A stretch of DNA of 64,000 bases from Ylistrum balloti (GCF_031769215.1 NW_026782303.1:310001-374000); one strand, 5' to 3'. Counted from the first letter of the stretch, positions 50,646 to 63,000 are shown. Notes: generated by a model from the letters alone, not told the origin. Numbers and translations are program-made.

Positions 50646-51994
50646 ACTCTTTTGCTGATGTCGTTTGTGTCTTCTGAGGACGAGTGTCATCTATAAAGAT
50701 GATGACGCTCACCATTCGGGAAAAATCATGCATGGTTTTAAGGCTCTCCGAGTAACTGTTTCTTTGTGCATTGTTTGCCTTCCTGTCATCGATTTGGTGT
50801 TTGAATTAAGATTCTCTCGACGTATCAATATTTTCTGAGATAATGGAGTCTAGTTCTCTACAGTGCTATATTAAATACAGACTTTTATGTGTCAGTGTAT
50901 TAAACACAGTTGTTCATCATTATTATTTCAGCTCCCTCTCTTACTACAAAGGATAATTACCATACACAGCAACGATGTAAGGGCTTGGAGCACTGGGCCT
51001 ACATCTTCTCGGAGTCACTGTTTTTATTACTATGTTGATCAATAATTCATCCTTGTAGCAGTCAAAAACAACTCAATCGATCTATTTTTGAATACCTATA
51101 CAATCCCGTGGTATTTGGATACTGTGTTTGGTACATACCGTGTCTGTTGTGCTAAATTAACAATAGCACGGAATATACTGGCGAGCCATTCCGGTGTTTT
51201 CCTTGACCCCTGTAACAGAGGACTTCTTGACTTTGATTGTCCAGGATTTGGTAACCAGTCATGGGGATAATGTAAACATATCGTGCGATCTTCAACAAAC
51301 AAACAAGTAATAATGATTGTCTGAGACACTTGTTTTCGGGGTGGCATTGTACCTTACGTCGGGAAGACGTCTGATCTGGTAATTACGATGGTAGACTACA
51401 CTATATACAAATAAACACCATCTATTCGATAGGCATTGGTTTAGTGCTTTAAAGTTCCAGAGTGACGGTAGCCTCATTAATTATTAAATAAGGTAGAGAT
51501 AACCACTTCAACAACTTTTACAGATAGTTAGAATTATTCTGACGTTCTAATAGAATTTCTTATGACAAGAGAGTAAGCAACCCATACCTTGATCAACATT
51601 CTAGCAATAATTGTAGAAAGAAACAAGAAAATCTACATGTTTGTGTGCATTTCAAAAGTCCAGAAAAGTCATATTCTGTTTTATATTCGTTATCACTTCC
51701 ATAATAGTAAAGTAAATCGGTGTACAAGATTTCATTAATCTTAATTAATAGAACGCCTGGACATCGATTGTTATTTGGAATACTAGTTCAATATTTTCAC
51801 TTTTTTAAAAATCGTTAGCAATATTTATTGATATGTCAATTCGCATTATAAAATAAAATTCCCAGCTGATTAATTTACTCACTTATCCGCCTTATAGTAT
51901 AATTTAAATTCGACCCATTGTTATTTTTCACGATGACCAATTGTGACAATTGTGATTCTCCACGATCACCTCCTAGATTTCAACATTAGGTGCA

Positions 51995-52533
51995 TAGCCT
52001 CATTGACGAGTCCTAGAAGGACGAAACAGCTGTATGATGTAGCATCACTGACGAGTCCTAGAAGGACAAAACAGCTATATGACGTAGCATCACTGACGAA
52101 TCCTAGAAGGACGAAACAGCTGTATGATGAAGCATTAGTGACGAATCCTAGAAGGACGAAACAGCTGTATGATGCAGCATCACTGACAAATCCTAGAAGG
52201 ACGAAACAGCTGTATGATGTAGCATCACTGACGAGTCCTAGAAGGACGAAACATCTGTATGATGCAGCATCACTGACGAATCCTAGAAGGACGAAACAGC
52301 TGTATGACGTAGGATCACTGACGAGTCTTAGAAGGACGAAACAGCTGTGGGATGTAGCCTCAATGACGAGTCCTAGAAGGACGAAAAGCAGTATGACGTA
52401 GCATCACTGACGGGTCCTAGAAGGACGAAACAGCTGTAGGATGTAGCATCACTGACGAGTCCTAGAAGGACGAAACAGCTGTAGGATGTAGCATCACTGA
52501 CGAGTCCTATAAGGATGAAACATCTGTATGATG
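51995..52533 (+). ncRNA. Tandem array of 12 x 45-nt minimal hammerhead ribozyme units
   Basis: Consensus unit TAG-CATCA-CTGACGA-GTCC-TAGAA-GGAC-GAAAC-AGCT-GTA-TGATG contains the full hammerhead core (CUGAnGA, GAAA, NUH=GUA), stem II GTCC/GGAC, stem I CATCA/TGATG and a palindromic stem III ACAGCTGT. Units start at 51995, 52040, 52085, 52130, 52175, 52220, 52265, 52310, 52355, 52399, 52444 and 52489. Confidence 0.88.
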
Positions 52534-54164
52534 CAGTTTGATTCATTATCTAAAAGTATCTTGTTATGTATTTGTATTGAAATGTGCTTTATACGTGTGT
52601 GCCTCTTGTTCTGTCCTTTCATTCGGTTATAAAGTTAGTGACAATATAAAAATGTTACAATACTTTTGAAAAATCCCAAACGAAATTATTGCACAAGATG
52701 CATTGTAATTTTTCTAATGTCGCTCCCTATGGACCCAGGGTCTGGAATAATCTATAAACTGGTACGAAGGCGATCAAGATAATCAATAAATAACTGATCG
52801 ATAATTCTCTTAAATACATCGCATTATCTAGATTTTCACAGACCAAAATACACATAAGTACATGATTGAATAAGCGATTATAAATTGTGATGATAACGAT
52901 AATCGTTAAGTTATGGTTATCTTTTCGGCATAAGCTGGCCTCGAAATCGATAAAGCGATGATAAGCTATCGATAATAGAATTTTTTACATGTGCAAAACA
53001 AAACAGTCATGTGCCTCGGAAGGGGTGATTGGTTTTTTATTCACTGATAATGTCAATCTACATTTTCCAAAATATTACCGATGTAATAATGAATTAGTAC
53101 ATTTACCTGAATCACCCTGGCTTTCTGAAAATGATTTTTAAAATGGTTGTGGTGTGAAATATCAATGTTGTTTTCGTTTGAAAGAAAGATTAATGTAATC
53201 CGATTTCAGGTCGATACAACATATCTTCAACTTAATTATTTACAGTAAACCAGTAAGCCTTGACAAATAATGAAGTAGTTGAGAGTTGTTAGACCTGACA
53301 CTATCTCTGTCCATAAGCGTCATTTGGTTAAATTAATGTCACGATTATACCATAGGTAAAGTGCAGGCTGTCCGTCCAGTAATCCTGCATTGGCTTCTTT
53401 GACAAAGATATAAGGTGTATCATACAGAGCGCCATCGACTGTAGGTATGTGCCTGACTTAACGCCTGGTACAGAGTTCTTCAATACTCAATATAGAACGA
53501 ACCCTAGAGACCAAAGTTCTATGTCACACGGTTCCAGTCTGGAAAAGCTGAACTATTTTTTTTTTTTTTTTTTTTTTTGTATTATTTCTACGTGGAGCTT
53601 CAGCTGTCGATAAATGTGTGTCAGGAACCATACACTATTTGTTAAAGAAAGATGTGTTGGGTAAGCGTTTACTAGCAGTAATAAAGTCGTTCTCGTGGTT
53701 TTAGAAAACGACTTTCGTAGCAAAAAGTATTATGGTGAAAATGTAGCATTTCATTTTCTTTTAAGTATCGAGTTACCGATAAAACGTGTACATATATTTT
53801 GTTTCCAATAAATTTCGAAGAGTTTGAACTCTTTTGATATTAAAGTACATAGTTATTGTAATGGTACCGACAATTTTAATTGTTTCTTTACTTTCTACAT
53901 CAGCTGCTAAACACGGTCAGCTTTCCGCCAAGCTTTTTGACAACGGGTATCGGTTCTAATTTCCCTATAATGAATTTTCCATGTCTGGATAGCAACATTC
54001 TGCAAACACAACTTATGGTATTTACGTGTTGCAGTTGATTCGATATCCATGTGCCTGTTCCCATTGTCGCGATTTTCTTGCGCAAATTCGTCAACTGACG
54101 GACAAATTCGTTTTCAAAATATGCAGGTTGACGAGAATTCGGGGTCGCCAGAGTAACCTCATTG

Positions 54165-54225
54165 AATGACCAAGATTTGCATGGCGGGTGTCGTCGATGA
54201 AGTGTAAGACAATTACTCTTCCTTT
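54165..54225 (-). repeat. Short inverted copy of dispersed repeat family R1
   Basis: The reverse complement gagtaattgtcttacacttcatcgacgacacccgccatgcaaatcttggtca matches 35845-35895 and 14025-14072. Confidence 0.65.
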
Positions 54226-55587
54226 ATACGTATTATTAGACTGTACAAGCAAGAATAACATTTAAAATGGAAGCCCATCCAATGACCATTTAGACAGCAT
54301 TGGAAACAATGTTGTGATGTCATTTAAATTGTTCCGTGGGCATTCAATGATACAGTAGACACAGAGAAAATGAAACTATTTGGTGATAGTGACTTTTAAA
54401 ATAGGTCTCATAGCCTTAAATGAAAGTTTCGTAAAACTTTCTGAGCTCAATGGCCATCCATATAGATACACAACTAGTATCAGTAACGAAAGTGAAACGT
54501 AGACTCAGAAATAAGTTGTTTTCCATTTCCTACACACGTGTGATTTTGATCCTTTTTCTCGCCGTTTGAAAATGTTACCGAAGTGTTCGGCTGACAACCC
54601 ATAGGATTAGATAACATTTCTAGACCTAAAAGTAACGTTATAGATTATAGAATAAAATAAGAGATATGTTTTCATACTCAATAGCAAAGAGCCTGAAACA
54701 AAGTTACATGAAATGCATAGACCATAGAGATAACAGCACAACTTACCAACCAAGTTCAAGATGAACACACAATTGACACAAAAATAGGTCGGCAACAATC
54801 TATAATAAAAAATAAGACATGCCTCTAATTTTTTGTTCGGTTAAATCCCACTGCAGACAGATAGACTCCTCATGTTTTTCATATATTTTTTCTATGAAAT
54901 TCAAAGTTCAAAACTTAAATTGTCCCAATTTCAGAACAAATGCGTTAGCTGTGTTTAATTCACGTTTTAGCATGCCTGTTACTATCGTACATTCTACAGA
55001 TAAAGAACAGTTTAATATGAAGACGGCTATTAAACAGAATATGATCTAACACTCGCCCCTAAAGGGCCCCACTTATGAAATCAACGTCACTCAACCTTAT
55101 ATCACAGTTCTATATTCCTGGGTAGTACTTTCCAAAGGCCTTACTGAAATCAAGATATAATGATATTGTTGTAAACGCATCCTTCTAAGTGAAGCTGCAT
55201 TTAGCAATAAGGAATCCAGGCTAGACATTTGTTGCATATAGTTGCTGTTTAATAGTTATTTTCCTTATAACAGATATTGGTTCGTGAGGAAAGGGGTCTT
55301 AAATTTCGAGAAAAGCGGTTTAATGAGAAATCAAAGCTAGCCTGTCCTTGATATCTGTGAAAATACAAATTTGTAATACTTAGTAGCTGTTACGACGATG
55401 TATTGATTAAAGAATCTTAGTAAGAGAGCTTGAACCGGATCATTATCTGTAGAACGAATAACATTTCCGATTAATTTCAATATTTTTTTCTGTCAGTGAT
55501 ATAGCTCTCGTTTTTTTCAGATGTTGTTACAGAAAACGACGTCTATTCACTCAGTTTTACTGACTTTTAAAATGTGGTTACACTGGA

Positions 55588-55739
55588 CTCTATATCAGAT
55601 TAACTACATGTCAAGATATAGACAGAACAAGGATCACGTGTCTCTATGTCACATTGACTACACGTCAATATATAGACAGAACAAAGATCACGTGTCTCTA
55701 TATCACATTGACTACACGTCAATATATAGACAGAACAAA
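55588..55739. repeat. ~2.8 tandem copies of a 54-bp unit
   Basis: actaca(t/c)gtcaa(g/t)atatagacagaacaa.. starts at 55603, 55657 and 55711; the unit contains a CACGTG E-box. Confidence 0.9.
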
Positions 55740-58544
55740 CGGATCCCTGGTCTTGTCGACGGAAATGCTTTGGTAATAGCACAACAATTTTGCTTTGTTA
55801 CAGTGTAGCTTATCCACTGATTGAGAAAAAGGTAACCATATTTCTATTGGTGTGCGAATTTGGGAACGACAAATATTCATTTCATAGTATTGAAATCAGA
55901 TTTTAAATTTTCTTTCATTGTTTAAGCCCTATGAATCAATAAGAATTATATGCCCATATTTGGTCATACTCCACTGTAGAGAAAGGATCTATATTAACTT
56001 TTGTGTCTTATGTATAGCCGTCATGAGCCACAAGTTCCTTAAAACATAGTTATATGTCAGTGATGAAACGGTGTCATTGGGGATGACTTTGCTAGAGATT
56101 AGTGCCCAACTGTGATTGTAGAAATATCGTTGCTAATATTCGATCCACGACAAGATTTCTGATAATCTGGAGCTAGAGTACAAACCGTACAAACAAGATT
56201 TGTACGGTTACATGCATATACATCCTTCATGAAATGATATCCCCTTTTACATATTTCTCAGTTACAATGAAACTTTCCCTGATTTTGTCTGTACGTCCTT
56301 GCAATCCAGACTATTTTGGGTGATGGAGCCACTGACGACACTCTTCGACGGGGACGATATGTTGATTTTGGAAGTTTTGTTGGTACTCTAGCTCGGCATG
56401 GGTTCCCATTTATATTATTCAGATACAGGTCTGTAAAAGATTATGGCACTCCTCATTTATTACACTTGATAATTGAATTTCCAGATATTCAACAAAGCTC
56501 TGAAGTGCTGTTTAATTACAATTGCGTAATGTCAACCAAAACAGCCTTATTGTGATGCTATGGTGTCATTTTAAAGAGTACGATCTGGATAATATCACGT
56601 GACCAAGCGCGACTATGATCGCATCTCTGTTTTCCCGTAGTAAAACTTAAGAGCACCTAGATTGCACCTTAATGTTGAGCGGCACGACCTGGCGCGCAAT
56701 CAGTTCTCGCTCGAGAAGATTGAGCATCGTTCCTCCCCGCTCTACTCTCGATTGTCACTCGACCATGCGTCCATTCCTCGACCTTGCTCGCCTTTTCGAC
56801 GTTCTCTGTGCAACATTTTGATCGAGGCTTATTTTTGTTTTTTTAACGTATCTGAAAACTGAGCTACGATCTCTTTTCGGGGAAACCATTCCTCCACCGT
56901 GTAACAGCGGGAGACCAAGTCACGCTCTGGTATCGCAGCTCAGTCTTTCTGGAAGCTTTCTCGGTTAAATGACCCTTTTGCTTTAACGGAAGACATATCG
57001 CAAGCATCATTTGAGATCAACGATCTTTTTGGTCTTACAATCTCGTCTGAATACCTTGTACCTTTACAAGATTTTGGTGACAGCCATTCCGTCCAAAATA
57101 ACAGGGTGCCCTAGTTCGGCAGTCCAGCTACCAGGATGAACGTTCCCCCTGCTCCAACTGCTTGAGCTCATCTAAACCTTGACATAAACCCTAGATCCTA
57201 TGTCCTCCTGTCAACACCAACCACGCTTACGGAATCAGACATAGAAAAGTACCTCCTTCATCTACGAATGATTGGACAAATTATGAAATTATAATCAGGA
57301 TTTACGTAACAAGTTATAAAAAGCATTAAGATTTGTAGTTATACTTTCTCTGGTTCTACCAGGTAACTAGTTTGAGTTTCCCAAGTGTTCCCAGTCCTTA
57401 CCAGCAACATTTTGAACACTTGCAAAGCTATAGAGCTTTCATTAAGTTAGTTAATTCATGGCTGGGCAGCTTCAAAATGTTAAGTTATGATAACTTGTGC
57501 TACCTTAACATTGTCTGCTTTCCTGAAATTATATAGAAAATAGTTTTTACTCATAAGATTCCTATAGAACTTTGTTAAATTGTATTCAAATTTTAGTGTA
57601 CTTCCCTGACCATGATCTTGAACCTAATTATATTAAAGGAATAACTGTCATAATTATCAATTAATTAAATGTGATGATCTCTTTGGAATCTTTTCCAATT
57701 TCTTAGTATTAAGATTATAAAATGCCAAGACAAAGGACAAAATCAAAATCTGAAAATATATATTATCTAAATATGGTAACTTTGCCCATTTATCAGACAT
57801 TTTTCAACATTATCTAGAAGCCTTTCTGTAGAAATTTTTCAATGTATTGTTAAATTTTGAAATCGAAGTCAGTTTCACATGTACTTTTGATATCTAGTAG
57901 TGTATGATGAATGTGTCAATAATAAGAGACCCTGAGCCTTTGGGGACGCTAAGCTACTCGCAGTCAGTGACCACATTACCAAGACTGACTGAACTCATTA
58001 TCCATGAACCCCATCATGATATGTTTAACATACATGTTTAACGTTGCCTTTCCTGTCTTATTCGCACCCCTGCTCTCTTGATGGATTTTTTGTTTTTATT
58101 TTTGTTTTTTCAATTTAAGAAACAAAAAATTCTTATATATTTTCACACAATTTTGTGTATACCAATTTTATTAACAACCCGTTTTAAGTTTTAAGTTCTG
58201 ATATATATTAAATATCTTAAATACTATATAGCTACAGTGTAAGTCGGATAATGTTCGCAACATCTATACTATTAGTGTGCGTCTCTTGATCGATCTTATA
58301 TTAAGTTGATTTTACAGCGAATTAACTTGAAATTTGTGTCATTTGCAAGTTACATTTTTTTGCAATTATACTCATCCAGACGGAATCGTCAAAATCGTTC
58401 GGCAAAACTTTATAATTAAAATAACGTTCTCCTGTCAGTGAGATTCCAAGTTTTGGTAACAGAAAGTCTCAAGAACTCAGTAATCATGAAGGTGCGTAAG
58501 ATAATTTATATTATGCGTCTCTCTCTGTGTTTTCGAAATCAACA

Positions 58545-58735
58545 AACAACTGTACTTACAATTGGTCAACTTTACGAACGTCTGTCAAAAATGCCGCAGT
58601 GTTTTCTGTTTAAAGGGAGATAATTCTAACTGCTTGGAAAAGTTACTTCCCCTAGATTCACAACAACCGATTTCATTGGTTAATTGAAACAGGAAGCGCC
58701 GACTTCAAAGCGACTGATTTCACAAACAACTGCTT
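58545..58735 (+). promoter_or_regulatory. Putative cell-cycle (G2/M-type) promoter of the securin gene
   Basis: Inverted CCAAT boxes (ATTGG at 58561 and 58675), a CHR-like TTCAAA (58704-58709) next to GCGCC (58696-58700), and Myb-like YAACTG at 58547, 58627 and 58727, all upstream of a donor CAG|GTAAG at 58816/58817. Confidence 0.5.
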
Positions 58736-59623
58736 ACATTTCGGACTGAATGCAAGTTTGTATCAGATAACGAGACAGTCTTCAGAATACATGGGGTTTT
58801 AGAAGAAACTGAACAGGTAAGGTTTGATTTTGTTTAATTTTCTCATAACGCAGAAACAGAAAATCCTTTAAAATGAACTCATTAATGTATTTTATTGACA
58901 AATTACTATCTATGTATGTATTCACATTGCTGTGCTGTAAAATAGTAATTCCAACATTAAGGTTTATTGTCTTGCCGTATCAAATAGACTTATGGAAATT
59001 GAAGCTCTTCGCTGTGGAATGTGTGTGTAGATATGCGAGCTAGAGGGAAATGGGGAGGGGGAGGGGTGAGGGACAGGGTGGCCCTACCCGACCGATCATA
59101 AGCACTGGTAAGCGGGTAATTTCTGACTAGGTGCTTGGTACCTTTGTCATACATCGAGTTGAATGCATTCTACACGCCTTGGTAAAGGATTTTTTCGGAC
59201 TTTCAAGAATAAAATCTAATGTTTTTGTAAAGCAATACCTGTACCATCATATATTTTTTGAGACATCGAAGTATCATACGACTTTCTCTAGTCAAAGGTA
59301 CATACATTATGTAGGTAATTTTAATCTTTTCAAAACAAACAGTAGTAGAAAAGCTTATAATTTTCTGAATTATTATTCTAACTTTTTGATTATTTATAAG
59401 TGTTGATATTTAAAACAAAATGCATGTTTAGTCTCTGGCTGAAAGACTGTCCAATACTGTATTCCAAAATTAAAAGGATTTCATTAAAAATGGCTCACAC
59501 TAACTACAGCATAGAAGTGAATGGGGTGTAGGTAAATGAGATGAGGTAACAACTGTCAGGAGAGGGAGGCTTCGATGACTTCATGGCTCAGTAAGCAAAC
59601 AAAAGCTTAGTTTACTAAACCAG

Positions 59624-59846
59624 GCCCCACTTGTATAAAACATCTCAACTTGAGATTTCCTCAAGTCGAGATTTTCCTCAGCTGATATCTCCTTAAAAAC
59701 GGCTTGTATGAAATTTTCTCAAGGAACAGGAGGAAGTCATTGGCTAGGATGTCCTGAAATTCCTTGAGGAATTTTTATACAAGATATTTTCAAGGAGATA
59801 TTAGCTGAGGAAAATCTCAAGTTGAGATGTTTTATACAAGTGGGGC
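59624..59846. mobile_element. Palindromic PIF/Harbinger-like MITE (223 bp) in the securin 5'-UTR intron
   Basis: Long TIRs GCCCCACTTGTATAAAACATCTCAACTTGAGATTT / reverse complement; flanked by a 3-bp CAG duplication (59621-59623 and 59847-59849); internal sequence largely self-complementary. Confidence 0.85.
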
Positions 59847-60096
59847 CAGAGACGTATGCACTAGGCCTACATCCTTAAGATTATACAAAGCTAACCAAGT
59901 TCCATTATTAATCTTCATGTGGCTAATGCTTGTTACTGTAGACATCTAAAAATCTAAACAAAGAATTTATCAATAAAGATTTGATTTGATTAATTTCATT
60001 GTTGATATCTTGTTCAAATTGTAGGTACAAGTACACATGTGAATACAGGTGAAGATCATTTTTCTGAAGTGTGCTATAAGCCTAAACGTGAAGACA

Positions 60097-63000
60097 ATGG
60101 CATCCATGACTTTTATGCCTTATGTTGACAAGGAGAATGCTGGCTCTTTAGGAATCCATCCAGGCAAGGGGCAACAACGGACAACATCTGGTCTTGGAGG
60201 TGTGTTAAAGACAAAGACTTTGTGATCTTTATGCTAATACACATACTGCTGTGTATATATAGACATCTGTATTTTGTGTGTTTCTGTATCATCTAGTGTA
60301 TACATAATACATCTATTTGAAAAATAGTACCAGTCAAAATATTTTGTGACTAGTCCTTACCAAAATTATTTTGTCCCACATATAAGACGTGTAGACAATC
60401 TGATTTTTCTGAAGATTGTATAAAAGACACACAAGTGAATAGCAATGTTTATTAGTTTTTATTTAGCTACAGTAGAGCCAAAATAATGCAAACAACTGCA
60501 TCATACAGCCCAAATTTCGAAGCCTATGAGGCAGCTGAGGAATCTCCAAAGGAATCTCCAAACGAAAGAAAAGTCAAAATCTTTATGTGGAGGTGCAGCA
60601 GCCCCATAGTTAAATTTTGAAATTTTCAACTATCAGACAACTTAAGAAAAGCTTCAAGTACATTCTGAACCATACCACTATTCAAATGAATGAAAAATTG
60701 GCATGCAGGTTACAGCAAACCTCAGGGATTTAGTCCATCAGCAGTGTCTGCCACCTGTTGTCTTAATGATTTTTTGAAATGTATCTTTATTTAGAAGGCA
60801 TATGCCTGTATTTAAAATCTTGATCAACAATAGTTTTGATGGTATTATATGATAATGTATTAATTATATAAGATACAGTATAGAACTTTTGGGTGTCTAT
60901 TCTAATCGATGTCAAGTCTGTTCAATTTTTCCTCTACTGTAACAATTGTAAAGTAATTGGTCATATGACAAAATGCATTGTTTTATAGGCAGCAAAGTTT
61001 TTGGAAGTTCTTCAAAACAGCTAGTGACGCCAAGGAAAGCCTTGGGCGATGTCAGCAACCGTGGTCTCAGCTTAAACTCTAACTCCAAAAATCTAAAACA
61101 ACAGAAGCCAGCATTCAAACCACCAGCATCACAACAGAGAAAGGGGTTGAAAGTACAAGGAAACAAACAGAGCAGTATTACACATGTAAGCCTGGTATTG
61201 GATATACATAATCACTCTCTATAGCAATGGCATCAGACCTATAAAGGCTGCTTCGACAGAACCAAAGGGACTGTCGAGTTAAGCTGTGTGACAGTCCATT
61301 CAAGAGAGATAGCCCGACTTCGGCAACATTAACAATATTTAAATTTTGAAAATTTAGTCAATAATTTGGTAGATATACTGTAAAAACCTATATTTTTGTT
61401 GGCTTCAAATTTCATGGTTTAACAAAAAAATTGCATTTTCATTGGCACTTGCTTACAAATGTAAGTATTGCTCAGCCAATCCATTAGTTCTGTAACCCAT
61501 GCCAAATTTCATATATCAATTTATCATTTCTTAGTGAGATATCAATGTATATTTTTTTTATTTATAATAACCTTGAATTCCACAAAAAGGAATCTCCACA
61601 ATAATTAATGATCTTGCAGAATATCATGATGTCTTTTATATAATAATCATGCACATTGTCAATATTGTTCATGTAGATATACACTTCTTCCTGTTCTAAT
61701 CTAATCCCATATTTAAAATCCCAGATCAGGCTTTTGCAGACATAACTACTTCCATTGCTTGCTTCAATTCCAGCCTAAAACAGTGACCAAGGCTGCTCCC
61801 ACTGAGCCTCATTATGATGAGATTGAACACATACACATTCCCAAGGAAATTGAAGGTATTGTGTTTAAACAAAAATAAGTAACACAAATGTTTAATTGAT
61901 ACAGTAGTAGCTTGCTTGGTTTTTGATGTAATAATCCACGTGATATTTTAGTACAGTATTTGCTGGTTGAAAATATATATGTGTGCCACATTTGCCATAA
62001 TTGACATGCAAGAACATTGGAAATATGCTGTCATATAACAGATAACATTTCTCTGGAGGATATCAAAGATTTATTCATCTTCTGTAAGATAAGAAGATTA
62101 GTGAAGATACCTCGGTGTTAGTGCTTCAACAATTGCCTGATATTTGGATATATCTTGACAATACGCAGCAGAGACATCTGGACATTTAAGTTGGATTAAA
62201 TGGTGTGAACATCCGTTGAAAGTACAATCAAACATTTATTGGATGACAAATGCTAAAATGTTGTAATTTGCATATAATTATTTTACATTTCTTAAAGCTT
62301 AGATCATAGATAAATTATGAACCCCAGTCACGACCAGCAATCAGATAATTATGAATCAATTTCACTCATTAATTATTCAGATGATTCAAACATATTATTG
62401 ATCAAGATGACAGAAGTTAAAGATGATAAAATTTGGAAACTGCAGCAGTTGCTGTAGAGTATTTGTTTCAAACTAATATACATACTATTTTCTTTAACTA
62501 GAACTTTAACTTTTCAGCTCATTATCAATACAATAAATTTTGAAAAACACTTAAGAAAATTTATATATAAGAACACATATTTGTCAAGGAAAATCGACGT
62601 GGGCCCTCATAGTCATGGAATTATTGTATCTCTGATAATATTTGTTAACATTAAAATTGTTATTTGTTATCATTGAATATTGATGTTTTAATAGATGACG
62701 ATTTTGAGGATATTTGGCCAAAGTCTGAGAGAATAAGCTCATATATTTCACAACTGATCAGCTGGCGCCCGCCCTGTCTGTTCAGTCACCTGCCTGATTC
62801 TGGTGATGAAACTGATGAAGAGGAGGAGCGAAAAAAGAGAATGGAGAACTTGGACAATGTCTTGGAAAATATGCCCAAACCTCTTTCCACTGTTTGTGAG
62901 TAACTACAATCATTTTCATGGGGAGGTTCACAACAAAACCTGCAATGAAACTTTGTCACCATGGTATCATAACATTAATGTAGGTATTAGAATCTTATTC

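Noticed and set aside
51139-51289. Minus-strand exon-like segment with AG/GT boundaries (…HYPHDWLPNPG…)
   Set aside because: Two frames are nearly equally open, no family motif was recognised, and no consistent neighbouring exons were found. Left unassigned.
51943-52401. 152-aa ORF of (ASLTSPRRTKQLYDV)n repeats
   Set aside because: A by-product of a 45-bp unit length divisible by 3. It has a GTG start and a frameshift in unit 9, and the conserved features are RNA-structural (hammerhead core and stems), not codon-based.
51995-52533. CRISPR array interpretation of this or the 36-bp arrays
   Set aside because: No unique spacers between repeats, no cas genes, and the context is eukaryotic with spliceosomal introns.
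53300-53430. YDTPYIFVKEANA resembling the transglutaminase YDTPFVFAEVN motif (minus strand)
   Set aside because: Imperfect match with an insertion, ends in a stop shortly after, and no other transglutaminase exons were seen.
56600-57240. GC-richer segment with protein-like fragments
   Set aside because: Probably a decayed TE fragment, but no diagnostic motif or termini could be identified.
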